Source: an uncultured Nitrososphaeraceae archaeon (GTDB taxonomy: Archaea > Thermoproteota > Nitrososphaeria > Nitrososphaerales > Nitrososphaeraceae). From it: a stretch of 44,355 nucleotides of DNA. This document shows positions 1 through 11,269 of this stretch, piece by piece. The stretch is from contig CAVXZB010000022.1 in NCBI GenBank assembly GCA_963765895.1, positions 1-44,355 on the forward strand. The letters run 5' to 3'. Within the stretch, counting starts at the first letter, position 1. Every line of letters starts with the position of its first letter. The position numbers were made by a program, and so were the translations under genes. Below the pieces are notes generated by a model, which saw only the letters and a program-made list of their open reading frames with translations, did no database searches and had not been told where the DNA came from.

Positions 1-249
1 AAAAGATAATGAAATGCAGAGGTATAGTTATAGCCTCTGAGAATAATCAAAGTGGAGGGTTTGTAAGCAAATAAAAGAGAAAAGAATTTGATTTGGGAGA
101 AGTTATTTAATGTACAAGAGATTTAATCCTTGACCTTCCAATGCACGGACATCTGTTAGATGTAACTTAACATACTGCGAGGAATGGACGGCGGCCTTAC
201 TCAAGTAATATCAGATCACCCTTCCTAGTATTATTGAATATGAATAGTC

Positions 250-1296
250 TTGATATATGATTATAAGGTCAACGTTAAAGGGAGCGTCAATTTAAAGCAA
301 TTCGATAAGGCCCTGGTCATAGGACTGGGTAAATTAGGTCTTCCTGTAGCACGGTATGTAAAAGAAAAAGAATTTGACACCTATGGACTTGATTCAAATC
401 CAAAAGCTGTTGAGATGGCGAAGGAAAGCAGCAATTGAAAAGCAGTTAATTTTAGTCAGTTTGATGTCTTTATCATGTGTGTTTCTACACACAAACCAGG
501 TGACATGTTTTCTCCACAAATAGATGGTCTATTATCTATAATTGAAAAGATATCAAAAGAAGCAAAGAATGGAGCACTAGTTTCAATATTCCAAAAGGTA
601 CATCAAAGAAGGTATTTGAAATGCTTAATCATAGACTGCATGTAGCTCATGCACCTTCATCGCTGGTATGCATTAGAACAAGAAGAACACGGTGTCAATC
701 AACTACGAGTACTTGGTGGAGTCTGTCAATGCTGTCTAGATGTAGCTATGGAGTTTTATGATGGTAGAGTGCCAATAAATGGGGAAATAAAGGATCAAAC
801 AGACGGAATAGAAATAGAATCAGAAAAGAAAGGCAATCTAATAATAATAATAATAATAATAAATAATAAAGATAAAATGGTGAAAATAACGGTGAAAATA
901 ATAATTATTATGATAACATCGTCATAATGAACAACAACATGATACAATAAACACACAAAAAGACTCTGGGTATTCGTATGCATGCAGTACCTCAAATAGA
1001 AATTGCTGAAATTACAAAGATTGCTGAAAATGCTCACAGATATCTACAAATAGCATTTGCAGAAGATTCTGTATCTTTACTGTCAAGCAAATAACATAAA
1101 CTTTGCAGAACTACGAGATGCACTAAATACAAAATGGAATGTGAATATACTTGAACCAAGAGATGGAATAGGTGGTCATTGTCTACCAAAAGATACTAAA
1201 ATGTTCTTACAGTCATCAAATGGAAGTAAAAGTAAGATACTAATAGCCGCTATGGAAGTCGATCGTGATTATCGCAGAGGTACAGAGACAAGTTAG
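250..1296 (+). pseudogene. UDP-glucose/GDP-mannose (nucleotide-sugar) dehydrogenase family protein, multiply frameshifted
   Basis: Fragments in successive frames: Rossmann motif VIGLGKLGLP, FDVFIMCVST, HVAHAP-HRWY, IAEITKIAENAHRYLQIAFAE and catalytic GIGGHCLPKD. An AAT-rich low-complexity insert lies in the middle. Confidence 0.85.
839..910. repeat. (AAT)n microsatellite / low-complexity tract inside the dehydrogenase gene
   Basis: ataataataataataataat at about 841-860, followed by two copies of ggtgaaaataa. Confidence 0.85.
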
Positions 1297-1394
1297 CAAA
1301 TCAGTTAAATAAGAATATGGTAACACTTTGATAGCCTCAACAGAAAAGATGACACATTTCAAAGAAGATATAGCAACATGATCGTAGGATATGG

Positions 1395-2770
1395 ATGGTA
1401 AAGTTGAGCCTTAAAGAGAATGCACACGGTGATGAAACTAGCGTATCGACAACAAAACCAGGAAACGTATTTTCTACAATACATCAAAAGAAACCAGAAA
1501 AGCACCACTATGGTAATCTCAAACAAATATTCATTCTAGCATTTGATGCACTAAGAGAAAGAAAAGCCAGATCCATATTGACAATATTAATGGTTGTTAC
1601 AGGTGGTGGTTTAATGGTTGCACTTAATGGAATGAGTGCAGGCGTAGCTAGTCTAATTAACAAGCAATTAAGTATCTTGGCACCTAACGTCCTGTTTGTC
1701 AGTCCTGGCCAGATTAATTTTCGTGGAGGACCATCACCACCATCTACTTTAATCTTTAATTCAGAGGTAGTAAATAGAATAAAATCTCTTCCATATGTTC
1801 AGGAGGTCATTCCTTCATACCAAGGTCAATTTGAGCTCAACGCTCAAGGAAATATATTAACGACTCCAGTCCTTGCAATGGATCCAACTAAACTTCATTT
1901 GATTAGTCCCTCGTTGGCGCTAGTACCTGGTTCATTAATACAGGAAAATAATCCATCAGGTATGATTGTAGGTGATACTATTGCAAATCCCCCAGGAAAA
2001 ACTAATTTTGTGACGGTTGGCCAGAATATCAAGGCAACATATTCATTTGCAGATCCTAGTACAGGAAAGCTACAACACCAGTCACGAAGTTTTGTGATAA
2101 GTGCAATAATGCAACCTTCAGGTAATTCCTATATAGATAGGTCAATTATAATCAATTTACCAACTGGAAATTCATTATTCAAAAAAGGAGGCAAGTATGA
2201 TCAAATGGCAGTAATTGCACTTTCTGGTGATTATGTTAATGCTGTTCAACAGGAGATCACTAGTCTATATGGAAGTAACAATATTGGAGTCACAACACCA
2301 AAGGCCATAATTAAAACAATACAGGGAACTCAGGGTGGAAATAGTTCATTTCAAACAGGTATAGCGTTTATTGCATTACTTGTAGGAGCTGTAGGCATTA
2401 TTACCACTCTGTACACATCTGTTAATGAACGTATAAAAGAGATTGGAACTATGAAAGCTATTGGTGCAAAAAGTAGGTTCATTCTTGCTCTATTTCTAAG
2501 TGAGGCTCTAATAATTGGTCTTTTAGGCTCAACACTAGGACTATTAACAGGTGTTGCAGGTGCATATGTACTAACTTCTGGTATGCTGGGATCCGGATTT
2601 GGAGTGTGAAGGATGGAGGAGGAGGAAGTGCACCTCATTTTGCTCCTATCTTCCTTCCAAATGATCTTTTAAATGTCTGGTTGCTTTCCCTATCTTTAAG
2701 CTTGGGAGCAGGAGTCTACCCTGCTTGGAAGGCATCACGTCTATCTCCACTAGAAGCTCTAAGAAGGTAG
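1395..2770 (+). CDS. ABC transporter permease, MacB/FtsX family (C-terminus frameshifted near 2605)
   Basis: RKARSILTIL N-terminal TM; SVNERIKEIGTMKAIGA motif. The tail AGVYPAWKASRLSPLEALRR* continues in another frame to TAG 2768-2770. Confidence 0.9.
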
Positions 2771-3734
2771 ATGCTAGTAAGACAAGTAGTGAAAATGAAA
2801 ACAACTATAATCTTGTCATCACTGTATGATGTGAAGATATATCCATTCTTAGTTATCCGAAGTATCACTATCAATAGATTATGCATAAGTTTGGGGAGCT
2901 TTGGAGCAGTGCCTTTGGCACTATGAAGATTATGATAATTAACTACCGGTGAGACCGATGTAAAGTACGACTATCCTTTTCACTGCGAATCGCAGCTTCA
3001 TGTTGACGATGCCGTCGAGAGACCAATTTTGGAGAATTGCAGGTATGATGAAGTCTGTGGACTTACCATAATCTTATTCTTTTGTATTACTGGTTTGCAG
3101 CATGTCAGCGTTGCCTGCGAGTGATCTGAGTCGAGTAGGGTTACTTTACTTGCTACAAATTGTAGCTTAGGCTATGCTAGCTATGGACCCTCGGAATTGA
3201 CTGACCCACCCTAATCTTCTCTTCAATACTACGGCTCGCAACAGGTAGACAAGGGCAATAGCATGCCAACACTGTCGGTATAGGACTTTAGCGTGTGTAG
3301 GAAGCCATCGTGTCATGTCATCCGTACTATTCTAAACGGCATAGTTTATGAAATTTGTAGTAGCATGGTGAAGTCATTCAATCCACCATGGTCTTGTCTT
3401 TTAGTACCATAGCTCGCAACATGCCGGCGAGGCCCAATAGCATCCCCAATCTTACTTGCATGGACTATACGAAGTGTGTACAATCATCCGGTTTCTCGTT
3501 GTCAGTATCACTTAATATGTCAGATTTAAGAAGATTAGCCTCAATGTATGAAACAGTCATAATATGAACTGCAATACAGCCAGAAGGAAGTAACGTGTCC
3601 TAGACATGGGTCTATTATGAATAGAGTAGAATAATTGAGGCAATGTATAGGTTGAGATGTACCGTGTAAGTATTTTCTTTAATAGCTTTATCCAACAAGT
3701 TAAATAATATAATTTATTCTCAGAAAGCTAGTCT

Positions 3735-4130
3735 ATGTTGAAAAGTAATATGCCTGAAGAATTGCTCAACTTACAGGTGAAGGAATTCAATAAAGGAAAT
3801 GTGAATTCCTTGATGACACTCTATGAAAATGATGCATGTCTTGCATCCAGATCAGGACAAGTTATTAAGGGTCTAGGAAGTATACGTCTAGCTCTACAAG
3901 ATTTCATTGACATGCGATGCAAGTTAGAAGTCAAAGTGAAGAAAGTTCTTGAAACAACTAACCTTGCTCTTATTGTTACTGAATGGTCAATCAATGGAAC
4001 AGAATCTGATGCTAAACCCGTGAACCTTACTGGTAGGGGCACGGTAGTTCTACGCCAGCAGTCTGATGGCACATGGTTAATTGTCATAGAAAATCCTTGG
4101 GGATTGGGTAATCAAAATACATTTAGATGA
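3735..4130 (+). CDS. SnoaL-like/NTF2-fold protein (YybH/DUF4440 type)
   Basis: FNKGNVNSLMTLYENDA ... VVLRQQSDGTWLIVIENPWG pattern. Confidence 0.85.
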   Translation: MLKSNMPEELLNLQVKEFNKGNVNSLMTLYENDACLASRSGQVIKGLGSIRLALQDFIDMRCKLEVKVKKVLETTNLALIVTEWSINGTESDAKPVNLTGRGTVVLRQQSDGTWLIVIENPWGLGNQNTFR

Positions 4131-4160
4131 AAGGTGATGATGGCGATGTCATTTTACTCA

Positions 4161-5662
4161 TCATCTATTGTATTTCAGTACAGACGCTGGTCTTTTCCTG
4201 AGCGCCAAGGCAAATACAACTGAGACTGCTGACAAAAACCCCGCTGTAAGGAATACGAGATTATATGATCCAGGTGTTGGGTATGACCCACCGAATTCAG
4301 CCGTTCTCTGATTTTCCATGTATATCCCTGCTAGAGCCGGGCCTATTGCCATACCTATAAACAACAAGAGAGCTCCCACTCCTACTGATATGCCAGTGAA
4401 CTCTTTTGGCGATGACGATACGACCATGTTCCATGTTGCAGTTATTGTGAGCGACAGTCCACTGGCAATTACAGCCAAATTTGCAGATACTGCAAACTCA
4501 GTTGAATGAAAAGTAAGCAATCCAATGGCACCGATCAGACTGATTATCCCACCAATGATCGTTGGCTTCATGCTTCCTACTCTATTTATAATAAATGGAG
4601 TAATACTTGCAAACACCAGGAACATTACCATAAATGGTAGCTGAACGTTTGCAGCCTCTTCAGAATTCCCTCCGAATCCTAACGGGACTGGGCTCCTAAC
4701 CAGCTGGACTATGGATGGATATATCATGAACATCGTAATCCCGGTGGCTATCAGTATAATGTATGATCGCAGAAGGATCTTGTGTCTCAGTAACTTCAAG
4801 TCAAAGAAAGGTGGTTTGGCCCTTCTCTCTATAATAACAAAGACGATTAACGAAATTGCTGATGTTACGAATGCACCAGCGATCTGCGCAGATTTTCAGA
4901 GTTTATACCTATCTGTATGAGTGTAAGCGCAATTATGAATGAGGATATCGTGACAGAGAGGGCTGGTACACCTTTAATGTCTATAGAAAACGACGTCTGT
5001 TTTTTGTTCAAGGTACTTTCTGGACTCTTGACAGTAATTGCATGATCTGGCTTCCTATTTTCTTTTACAAATATGGCGATCATTAGCGTAACCAAGGCAG
5101 AGAAAGGAACTATAGCCAAGAAAGTTGAATGCCATCCAAAATTCTGAATAATGCTAGCTCCTGTCAAGAGACCGACTACTGAGCCTGCAGAATATGCCGA
5201 TCCGAATACTCCTACAGCAATGGCAAGTTTGGCCGGTGGAAATGTATCTCGAAGAAGACTAAAAGCAGCTGGGACTGCGGCTAAACCGAAGCCTTGAATT
5301 ATCCTCGTGACGAGCAAAAATGATATGTTATATGCGAAGCCTCCAGCAGTGAGTCCGGCTATATATATAATAAGTAACATGAGCAATACTTTCTTTTTCC
5401 CGTAAAGATCAGACAGTCTGCCTGCGACAGGAGTCATTACCGCAGCCACAATCAAGTAGGCACTGAATATCCATGCAGCGGTTCCGTACGGAATTTTAAA
5501 CTCCTTTATGATCTCCGGGATTGCAGGTAGAAGCATGGTCTCGGAGAAAAAAACTGTCAGAAGGGTGCAGCTAAGTATTGCCAGAGTGAACCACGCACGA
5601 TGGCTGACAATAATTCCTTCCTTGCTATCTTCCATTCCTCCAATGTTACCTTTTCTTGTCAT
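4161..5662 (-). pseudogene. MFS transporter (DHA2-like), split by a frameshift near 4880
   Basis: Motif A GRLSDLYGKKK and RIIQGFG in the 265-aa ORF; the C-terminal TM helices are in the 212-aa ORF. Confidence 0.88.
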
Positions 5663-5664
5663 GA

Positions 5665-5961
5665 TTATTTACTCTCTTGAACAAAGACGTGTTGTTGTTG
5701 TTGTTGTTGTTGCCGATCTAGTAAGAAATTTTCCATATCGGCCACTTTTAATGTGTTTATGGATTTTTCCAAGTTACGCATCGAGGTGTAAGTTTGAAAT
5801 CTATTTTTCGATAACAGGAGCGACGATTCAATTCCTATGTAGCTGGAGATACTTGTTACTACTGGAACTTTCTTGATATGATTAGACATTTTTTTAAAGT
5901 AGTGGTTAAAGTTGTGTGCCTGTATCCAGTTAGAATATACCTTTATATTTATATCGTTCAT
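5665..5961 (-). CDS. Hypothetical protein or fragment with a poly-Gln tract
   Basis: ORF ends immediately upstream of the MFS start; (CAA)n run at about 5690-5712. Confidence 0.3.
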   Translation of the reverse strand: MNDINIKVYSNWIQAHNFNHYFKKMSNHIKKVPVVTSISSYIGIESSLLLSKNRFQTYTSMRNLEKSINTLKVADMENFLLDRQQQQQQQHVFVQESK

Positions 5962-6288
5962 CTCTGATCCTCATCCTTATATATTGGCGCTATTTATCGT
6001 TGACTGAAGCAATACTCCGAATAGTGGACAGAATATTCAGGATATTGACTAGGTTTTATGGGTAAAATTTGCAACGACGGCATTTCTATAATATATCGCT
6101 ATCTCTATTTTTATCTTATCATGGAATTGGCGTGGAAAAAACAGTATGGAGCAATTCTCACGCAGCGTGGTTTAACTCTAGTAAATAGTTCAATAACGTG
6201 TCTCATTTAATATTTTAGCATATTACCTCTGAAGACAAGCATTGGTGATTGCTGCATTACCACAACTATAATCATCGATAATCTATAA

Positions 6289-7137
6289 TTGTGCAGCAAT
6301 TATATTCTGATTAAGGGTATGGACAAATTGGTGTCATCTTCTACTCGTACAGTTGATGTAAATACTATAATGAGGAGATCTCAAACCAGAGTCTGGAAAA
6401 CTCTAGAAGGAGAACCAGAATTTATTATTTCTGTTGCCGATACCCAAAACATTCTAGGCAAAGCTGCTAGATCAAAAATGAATTTTGTTATTTTAAATGT
6501 CGATCTTGTGGCATCAACAAAGCTATCTATGACCCTCCCTTTAGATAAACTCACAATGATGATTCAAGCCTTCAATCAGGAAATGTCACTTATGGTTAAA
6601 GAATTTGGGGGATTTATTCTAAAATATGTAGGAGACGCTGTTCTCTCCTTTTTCCTCGTTCCTAACCATCAATCCCAACCAAATATAGTATGTACCCATG
6701 CATTAAACTGCGCAAGATGTATGCTTCAGGTAGCCAACGAAGGGATAAATCCGATTCTGAATCAATACGACTGCCCTGTAATGAATATAAGGATAGGAAT
6801 AGACACTGGTGAAAATGCAATAATACAGAGTGGTTGGGACATTCACCATAATATAACTAATGTAGAAAAGATTAGTAACAATAACAATATTTCCAAAAAA
6901 GAACAGCCACTCATAAAGAAACCAGTTTACGACATTTTAGGCTACAGTACAAGTATTGCAGTAAAAATGACTGCTCTTGCCAATCCTAATCATATGGTGA
7001 TAGGTCAACTAGTTTATGATGTAATAGATGACAACCAAAAATCGCTTTTCGAACAGCTTACCATGAGTCGAGAAATTTGGAGTTATGTTAACATCAATAC
7101 TGGAGGGACTATTTATAATGTTTATACAAATAAGTGA
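6289..7137 (+). CDS. Class III adenylate/guanylate cyclase domain protein
   Basis: VDLVAST (metal Asp), LKYVGDA (Lys and second Asp), IRIGIDTGE, YDILG. Start may be ATG 6319. Confidence 0.9.
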   Translation: MCSNYILIKGMDKLVSSSTRTVDVNTIMRRSQTRVWKTLEGEPEFIISVADTQNILGKAARSKMNFVILNVDLVASTKLSMTLPLDKLTMMIQAFNQEMSLMVKEFGGFILKYVGDAVLSFFLVPNHQSQPNIVCTHALNCARCMLQVANEGINPILNQYDCPVMNIRIGIDTGENAIIQSGWDIHHNITNVEKISNNNNISKKEQPLIKKPVYDILGYSTSIAVKMTALANPNHMVIGQLVYDVIDDNQKSLFEQLTMSREIWSYVNINTGGTIYNVYTNK

Positions 7138-7160
7138 ATTATGCAGCTGCATTACACTCT

Positions 7161-7295
7161 CTATACCCTGATGGCGGCGTTGCCGTATGTTACCACGACC
7201 GCAAAGCCGTTACGTGCCAGTCTTATTGCTATAGTGCCTTCGATCTCACGGAAGGCTTAGGTAACTACAATGCTCTTGGTGAATGCATATCCCAT
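7161..7295 (-). pseudogene. N-terminal remnant of a short-chain dehydrogenase (SDR)
   Basis: Manual translation MGYAFTKSIVVT*AFREIEGTIAIRLARNGFAVVVTYGNAA resembles a decayed VVTGASRGIGxAIAxRLARDGFAVVVNY SDR start. Confidence 0.6.
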
Positions 7296-7976
7296 TTGTC
7301 CTGCATCCTATCCGTTCTTCACCGAACTCTTTAAAACTTCTCTTAAAATTCAATTGAAGTTCTGATCCATTGGCTTAGTATTCTTTCTGATCGTGATGTT
7401 TCATCCATTGGGTTGCAAGCGTAGCCGGCAGTTCACCGGCGGTCACTGATAACTTCCAACATATAAAGACTGAGTCATTTACCTCAATATTAATTCGGTA
7501 ATTGATAAGGTACTGAAACCAAAATATCGGAAGGCCTGTAAAATGGAATGAACAGTAACTATGCATAATGTATAGATAGCATCTAGGATAATACCTCATT
7601 AACCCTGAAGGCATAGCATATTACTCATACCCCCAATTCAACCCCTATTTACTTTCGATGACTATCCAAGTAAGGGGGTATTCATGACCAACTTACCTAA
7701 TAGTGAATTCCTTGATGCAGCGAACAAAAAAGTGCCCCGATAGTATGTTACCAAAGTAGAGTCTAAACTAGGAGGACAGACCAGTTCATGTCAGGGTATT
7801 GTGTTATTATGTCTGAGGCTTTGAGAGTTGATCTACCGTAGCAGCAACTGCTCAAAACAGTACATTTGCAAACAGTTGAGGCAGAGGTACTTCAAATGTT
7901 CTATCTATACTTTTCTGATCAAGTCACCTACAAATGGATAATTTACAGTAAACTCTGAAAGATATTCTCTGTCCAT

Positions 7977-8237
7977 TCAAAAATTTTTTGATTCTACGAC
8001 AATTACATCTTTTATCCAAACTCCAACTTCGTTCATCGTAATTAGTTTATTTAGATATTCTTGCCAAGAAATTTGGCCATATGCATATACCCATGTCTCA
8101 TGTTTTTGTTTTAAATTTAAGAATGCATCATGATGATAAGTACAGTATTTCGAGTCCACATAACTTTTTCGTACACACGCAATGCATTTTCTTATTCGGG
8201 ATGTCAATATACTGTTCAATGATCCAGTGTTAATCAT
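7977..8237 (-). CDS. Small hypothetical protein with putative Zn finger (CxxC...CxxH)
   Basis: CIAC...YCTYH followed by WVYAYGQISWQEYLNKL; clean ORF. Confidence 0.7.
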   Translation of the reverse strand: MINTGSLNSILTSRIRKCIACVRKSYVDSKYCTYHHDAFLNLKQKHETWVYAYGQISWQEYLNKLITMNEVGVWIKDVIVVESKNF

Positions 8238-8431
8238 TTTATTTATTCGTTAGTTTAGATTGCATATACTAGTGATGCGAAATCTCTGAGTATTAAAATA
8301 ATTATAATCGGGGCATAAATAGTGATTATTATTTAATATGTCTCGATGAATTATAAGACCAATTATAATAATCTATTTTCCCTTAGTCGTAATCAAAAAC
8401 TAACCCAATGATGGTATATTGTATATATTTA

Positions 8432-8764
8432 TTATTTTGTCCCTCGCTATAGATCTTTGCAAGTTTCTCGCGAAATTTTTGTTCTGCTCTTGTTTGTTGA
8501 AACATTGCCATCCATTGTTTTTCCATTTTTTTAATAAGAGCATCAGCTGCCCTTATCGGTTGCTGGAGTGAATCTTGATTTCATTTCCTTTTTCAATTTT
8601 TCCGCAATCAATTCGATATTCACCTCAATAAATGCCGTTTGCCGCATCATCTCCTATCCTGCTCTCTGTCATTCTGCTTTTCATTCTTCCTTCTGTGTTT
8701 ACACGTATTGAGCATGTGCTGCCTGATGCGTGACATGGACGAGGACGCTCCATCTTCTGTTCAT
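8432..8764 (-). pseudogene. Decayed small helical protein divergent from HxlR
   Basis: Fragments VNIELIAEKLKKEMK / AADALIKKMEKQWMAMFQQTRAEQNFREKLAKIYSEG, with stops and frameshifts. Confidence 0.5.
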
Positions 8765-8855
8765 ATTGACTATAACTCACCTATTACTACTAGATTAAGG
8801 TGGGTAACTATTTAAGTCGGCAACCCAATCTAGTTATTAGGTGTAGACCCGTAAG

Positions 8856-9260
8856 TTGATGGAAGATAAAGAAATTGCCTCTATACAAAAGAATATGACT
8901 AACTGTCCGATTAATAATACCTTCAAAATAATCGGCAAGAAATTTACAATATTAGTATTACGCAATATGATTTACCTGAACCAGAAAAGGTTCAATCAAC
9001 TTCTTGATTCGATTGAGGAAATTAATGCGAAGACGCTGTCTGCAAGACTTAAGGAAATGCAAAAAGATGGATTGATAGAACGAAAGATATATCATGGAAT
9101 TCCGGTAAAAGTGGAATACCATATTACTGAAAAGGGACGGGCATTAATACCACTACTCTATCAGATGGCCAGATTTTCAATTCAATATTGTCCTAAAGAT
9201 GTGTTCAAAGATAAGAAACCTAGGGGAATTGAAGAGATGTTTGGATATCAAACCATATAA
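8856..9260 (+). CDS. HxlR-family winged-helix transcriptional regulator
   Basis: CPINNTFKIIGKKF...RFNQL...KTLSARLKEM...PVKVEYHITEKG. Confidence 0.92.
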   Translation: MMEDKEIASIQKNMTNCPINNTFKIIGKKFTILVLRNMIYLNQKRFNQLLDSIEEINAKTLSARLKEMQKDGLIERKIYHGIPVKVEYHITEKGRALIPLLYQMARFSIQYCPKDVFKDKKPRGIEEMFGYQTI

Positions 9261-9412
9261 TGATTCAAAGAGGGCACTATACATTATCCTACAATACAGT
9301 TGTACAAGTCCAGTGCAAACATCTGTGAGTATTATAATATCAATCTCGTTTCTAGTAATGCCGTTACATTTTGCTAGTAATGTAGTCTAGTTTTTAGTGA
9401 TAAGAAACAAAA

Positions 9413-9670
9413 TTAATAACATAAAGGACAGATGCTATAATAGAACGGTTTTCTGCAATCCATATGTCCGCAGTCATATAATACTCCACATCTTGTGCAT
9501 TGATGATAACAATGTTGCTGGCGTACGTTTGTCACATAAAAAAGCGCTGTAGTCAATATTGATAGTATGGCCGTTGACGTTATTTTGAGTAGAGATTTAT
9601 TCTGCAAAGTTAAATAATTTAGTGTAGATTGTTCAATGTCCGTGATAATGGCTTTCAAGCGTGTAATCAA
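9413..9670 (-). CDS. Small membrane-anchored Cys-rich (Zn-finger-like) protein
   Basis: Hydrophobic segment followed by HxCxxC-x4-C-x4-C-x8-CxxC. Confidence 0.5.
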   Translation of the reverse strand: MITRLKAIITDIEQSTLNYLTLQNKSLLKITSTAILSILTTALFYVTNVRQQHCYHQCTRCGVLYDCGHMDCRKPFYYSICPLCY

Positions 9671-10035
9671 CTATGTTGATGTCATTCTGATCTTTATTAG
9701 ACTCACTACTGATGCGGTGGAAAAAAAGCACTTATCGGTAAGACTGATATTAATTTTGTTTCCTTTATAATTTCAAGTCTCTAAAGAGCAGTTAATAAGA
9801 AAAGACATTAAGTAACTAAGTTATATCATAGCTAATCGATAGATAATATAGTCTATGCCTAACTGTCTTATATGATTACATTAGGAAAATGGCAAGCAAA
9901 AAAGCCTTGACAACTTCTGCTATGCTGGGAGATGGAATTTTTATTATCAGCTATGCTAATAGCTTCACCATTAACATTCAGTGTAATTTAATTTTTTCAA
10001 ACATAGGAAAAGAAAAAATTGAGTAGGTGAACCAG

Positions 10036-10493
10036 TTATTTGTATACAAACGTACTGTTCTGAAGTAATGCCTGTACCGTAGGATCAACTCTTCCCGATT
10101 CAGTCATAGTAAAGCAATTGGTAGACATGAACTGCTGCGCTCCTCCAAGTATATTTTCCCATTTGGGTAACATACTATTTACACAATTTTTCATACTATT
10201 TACACAATTTTCGTTGACTACATCAATATATTTAGAGAAAATCAGCCAAGGACTATCGAAACGTCCTATTTGGCTCGCAATCTTGCTGAACAGGACTTCC
10301 TGGTTCGCTTAGCAGCTGCCTTTTCCAAATGAGAAACAAACTCCTTCTGTAATATTACATCATTTCGTGTCTCAAGTCTAGTAAGATGGCCACCAACAAA
10401 TGTATTAAAGTCATAGTTGTTCAACGCTATATTATGAGCTTTGATAAATCCTGCAGTATCTTTAGCTATTGCCAAATATGGAATTGGAACCCA
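10036..10493 (-). pseudogene. C-terminal fragment of an MBL-fold metallo-hydrolase
   Basis: WVPIPYLAIAKDTAGFIKAH...DFNTFVGGHLTRL, then a frameshifted continuation to STFVYK*. The N-terminal half is absent. Confidence 0.65.
10171..10211. repeat. Tandem duplication with 21-bp period
   Basis: catactatttacacaatttt at 10171 and 10192 (NCVNSM twice on the minus strand). Confidence 0.95.
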
Positions 10494-10618
10494 TAGTGAT
10501 ATGTCTGTGCTGATGACATATTGACAATAATTGCAATACTGAAATGCTAATTAAATATAGAAAAATTAAGTACGACTGAAGGAATTGTACTCTACTCCTA
10601 TAGTTCAATTGTAATAAT

Positions 10619-10795
10619 TTACTTTATTGTTCTTGTTCCTTTTCTCTTATCATGTATACTTGGTTCATCTTTATTTGATATCGGAGTAGCAGGATGACTA
10701 ACTTTTCGAGTAGGTTTTGGCTGTTCATCTAATTCTAGTTTTTTAGCTGCGTCGGTACTAAGATTCGTCTCATCTATTTCTTTTTTATGGCTCAT
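10619..10795 (-). CDS. 58-aa hydrophilic hypothetical protein (below the ORF-track cutoff)
   Basis: MSHKKEIDETNLSTDAAKKLELDEQPKPTRKV...RTIK*, with an AT-rich TATA-like sequence upstream. Confidence 0.5.
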   Translation of the reverse strand: MSHKKEIDETNLSTDAAKKLELDEQPKPTRKVSHPATPISNKDEPSIHDKRKGTRTIK

Positions 10796-11269
10796 ATGAT
10801 ATAATTATGTCACCAAGTTCTAAATATGTTTCAGTGATAAAATAATGCTAAATAAGAACTCGAAATTAATTATTGATATAATCGTGCATGTCGATGTTAA
10901 ATCCTAATTAGTGAAGATTTTCTTTCGTTCATTTTGGTTCTATTTTATTAGTGTCAACTAGGCCTATAGTCTTGCAATGGAAGAGGAAGAAGCTCATGGA
11001 ATGAGAACTGAGTATACCAAGGCAACGCTAGAAAAAATATACTAAGGTAGCCTATTATAAGGAAGAATTAGAAAGAAAGCAAATAAATTAACTTTATTCA
11101 AAAATAAAGAGAAAAGGCGAAAAGTATGTCAAACTATATTATTTAATGCATAATATATATATATACAATAATAATTCAACTGCAATATTGCCTTATGTAA
11201 TAATTTACTGATGAAAAATTTTGACAATTAAATACGGCTGAAATAATATAAGTTCGATATACAAGTAGT

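Noticed and set aside
795-1037. 80-aa Ile-rich minus-strand membrane ORF
   Set aside because: Antisense reading of the AAT microsatellite within the dehydrogenase pseudogene.
2351-5876. Short antisense ORFs (2351-2638, 3821-4087, 4318-4509, 4711-4920, 5508-5876)
   Set aside because: Shadows of well-supported genes on the opposite strand.
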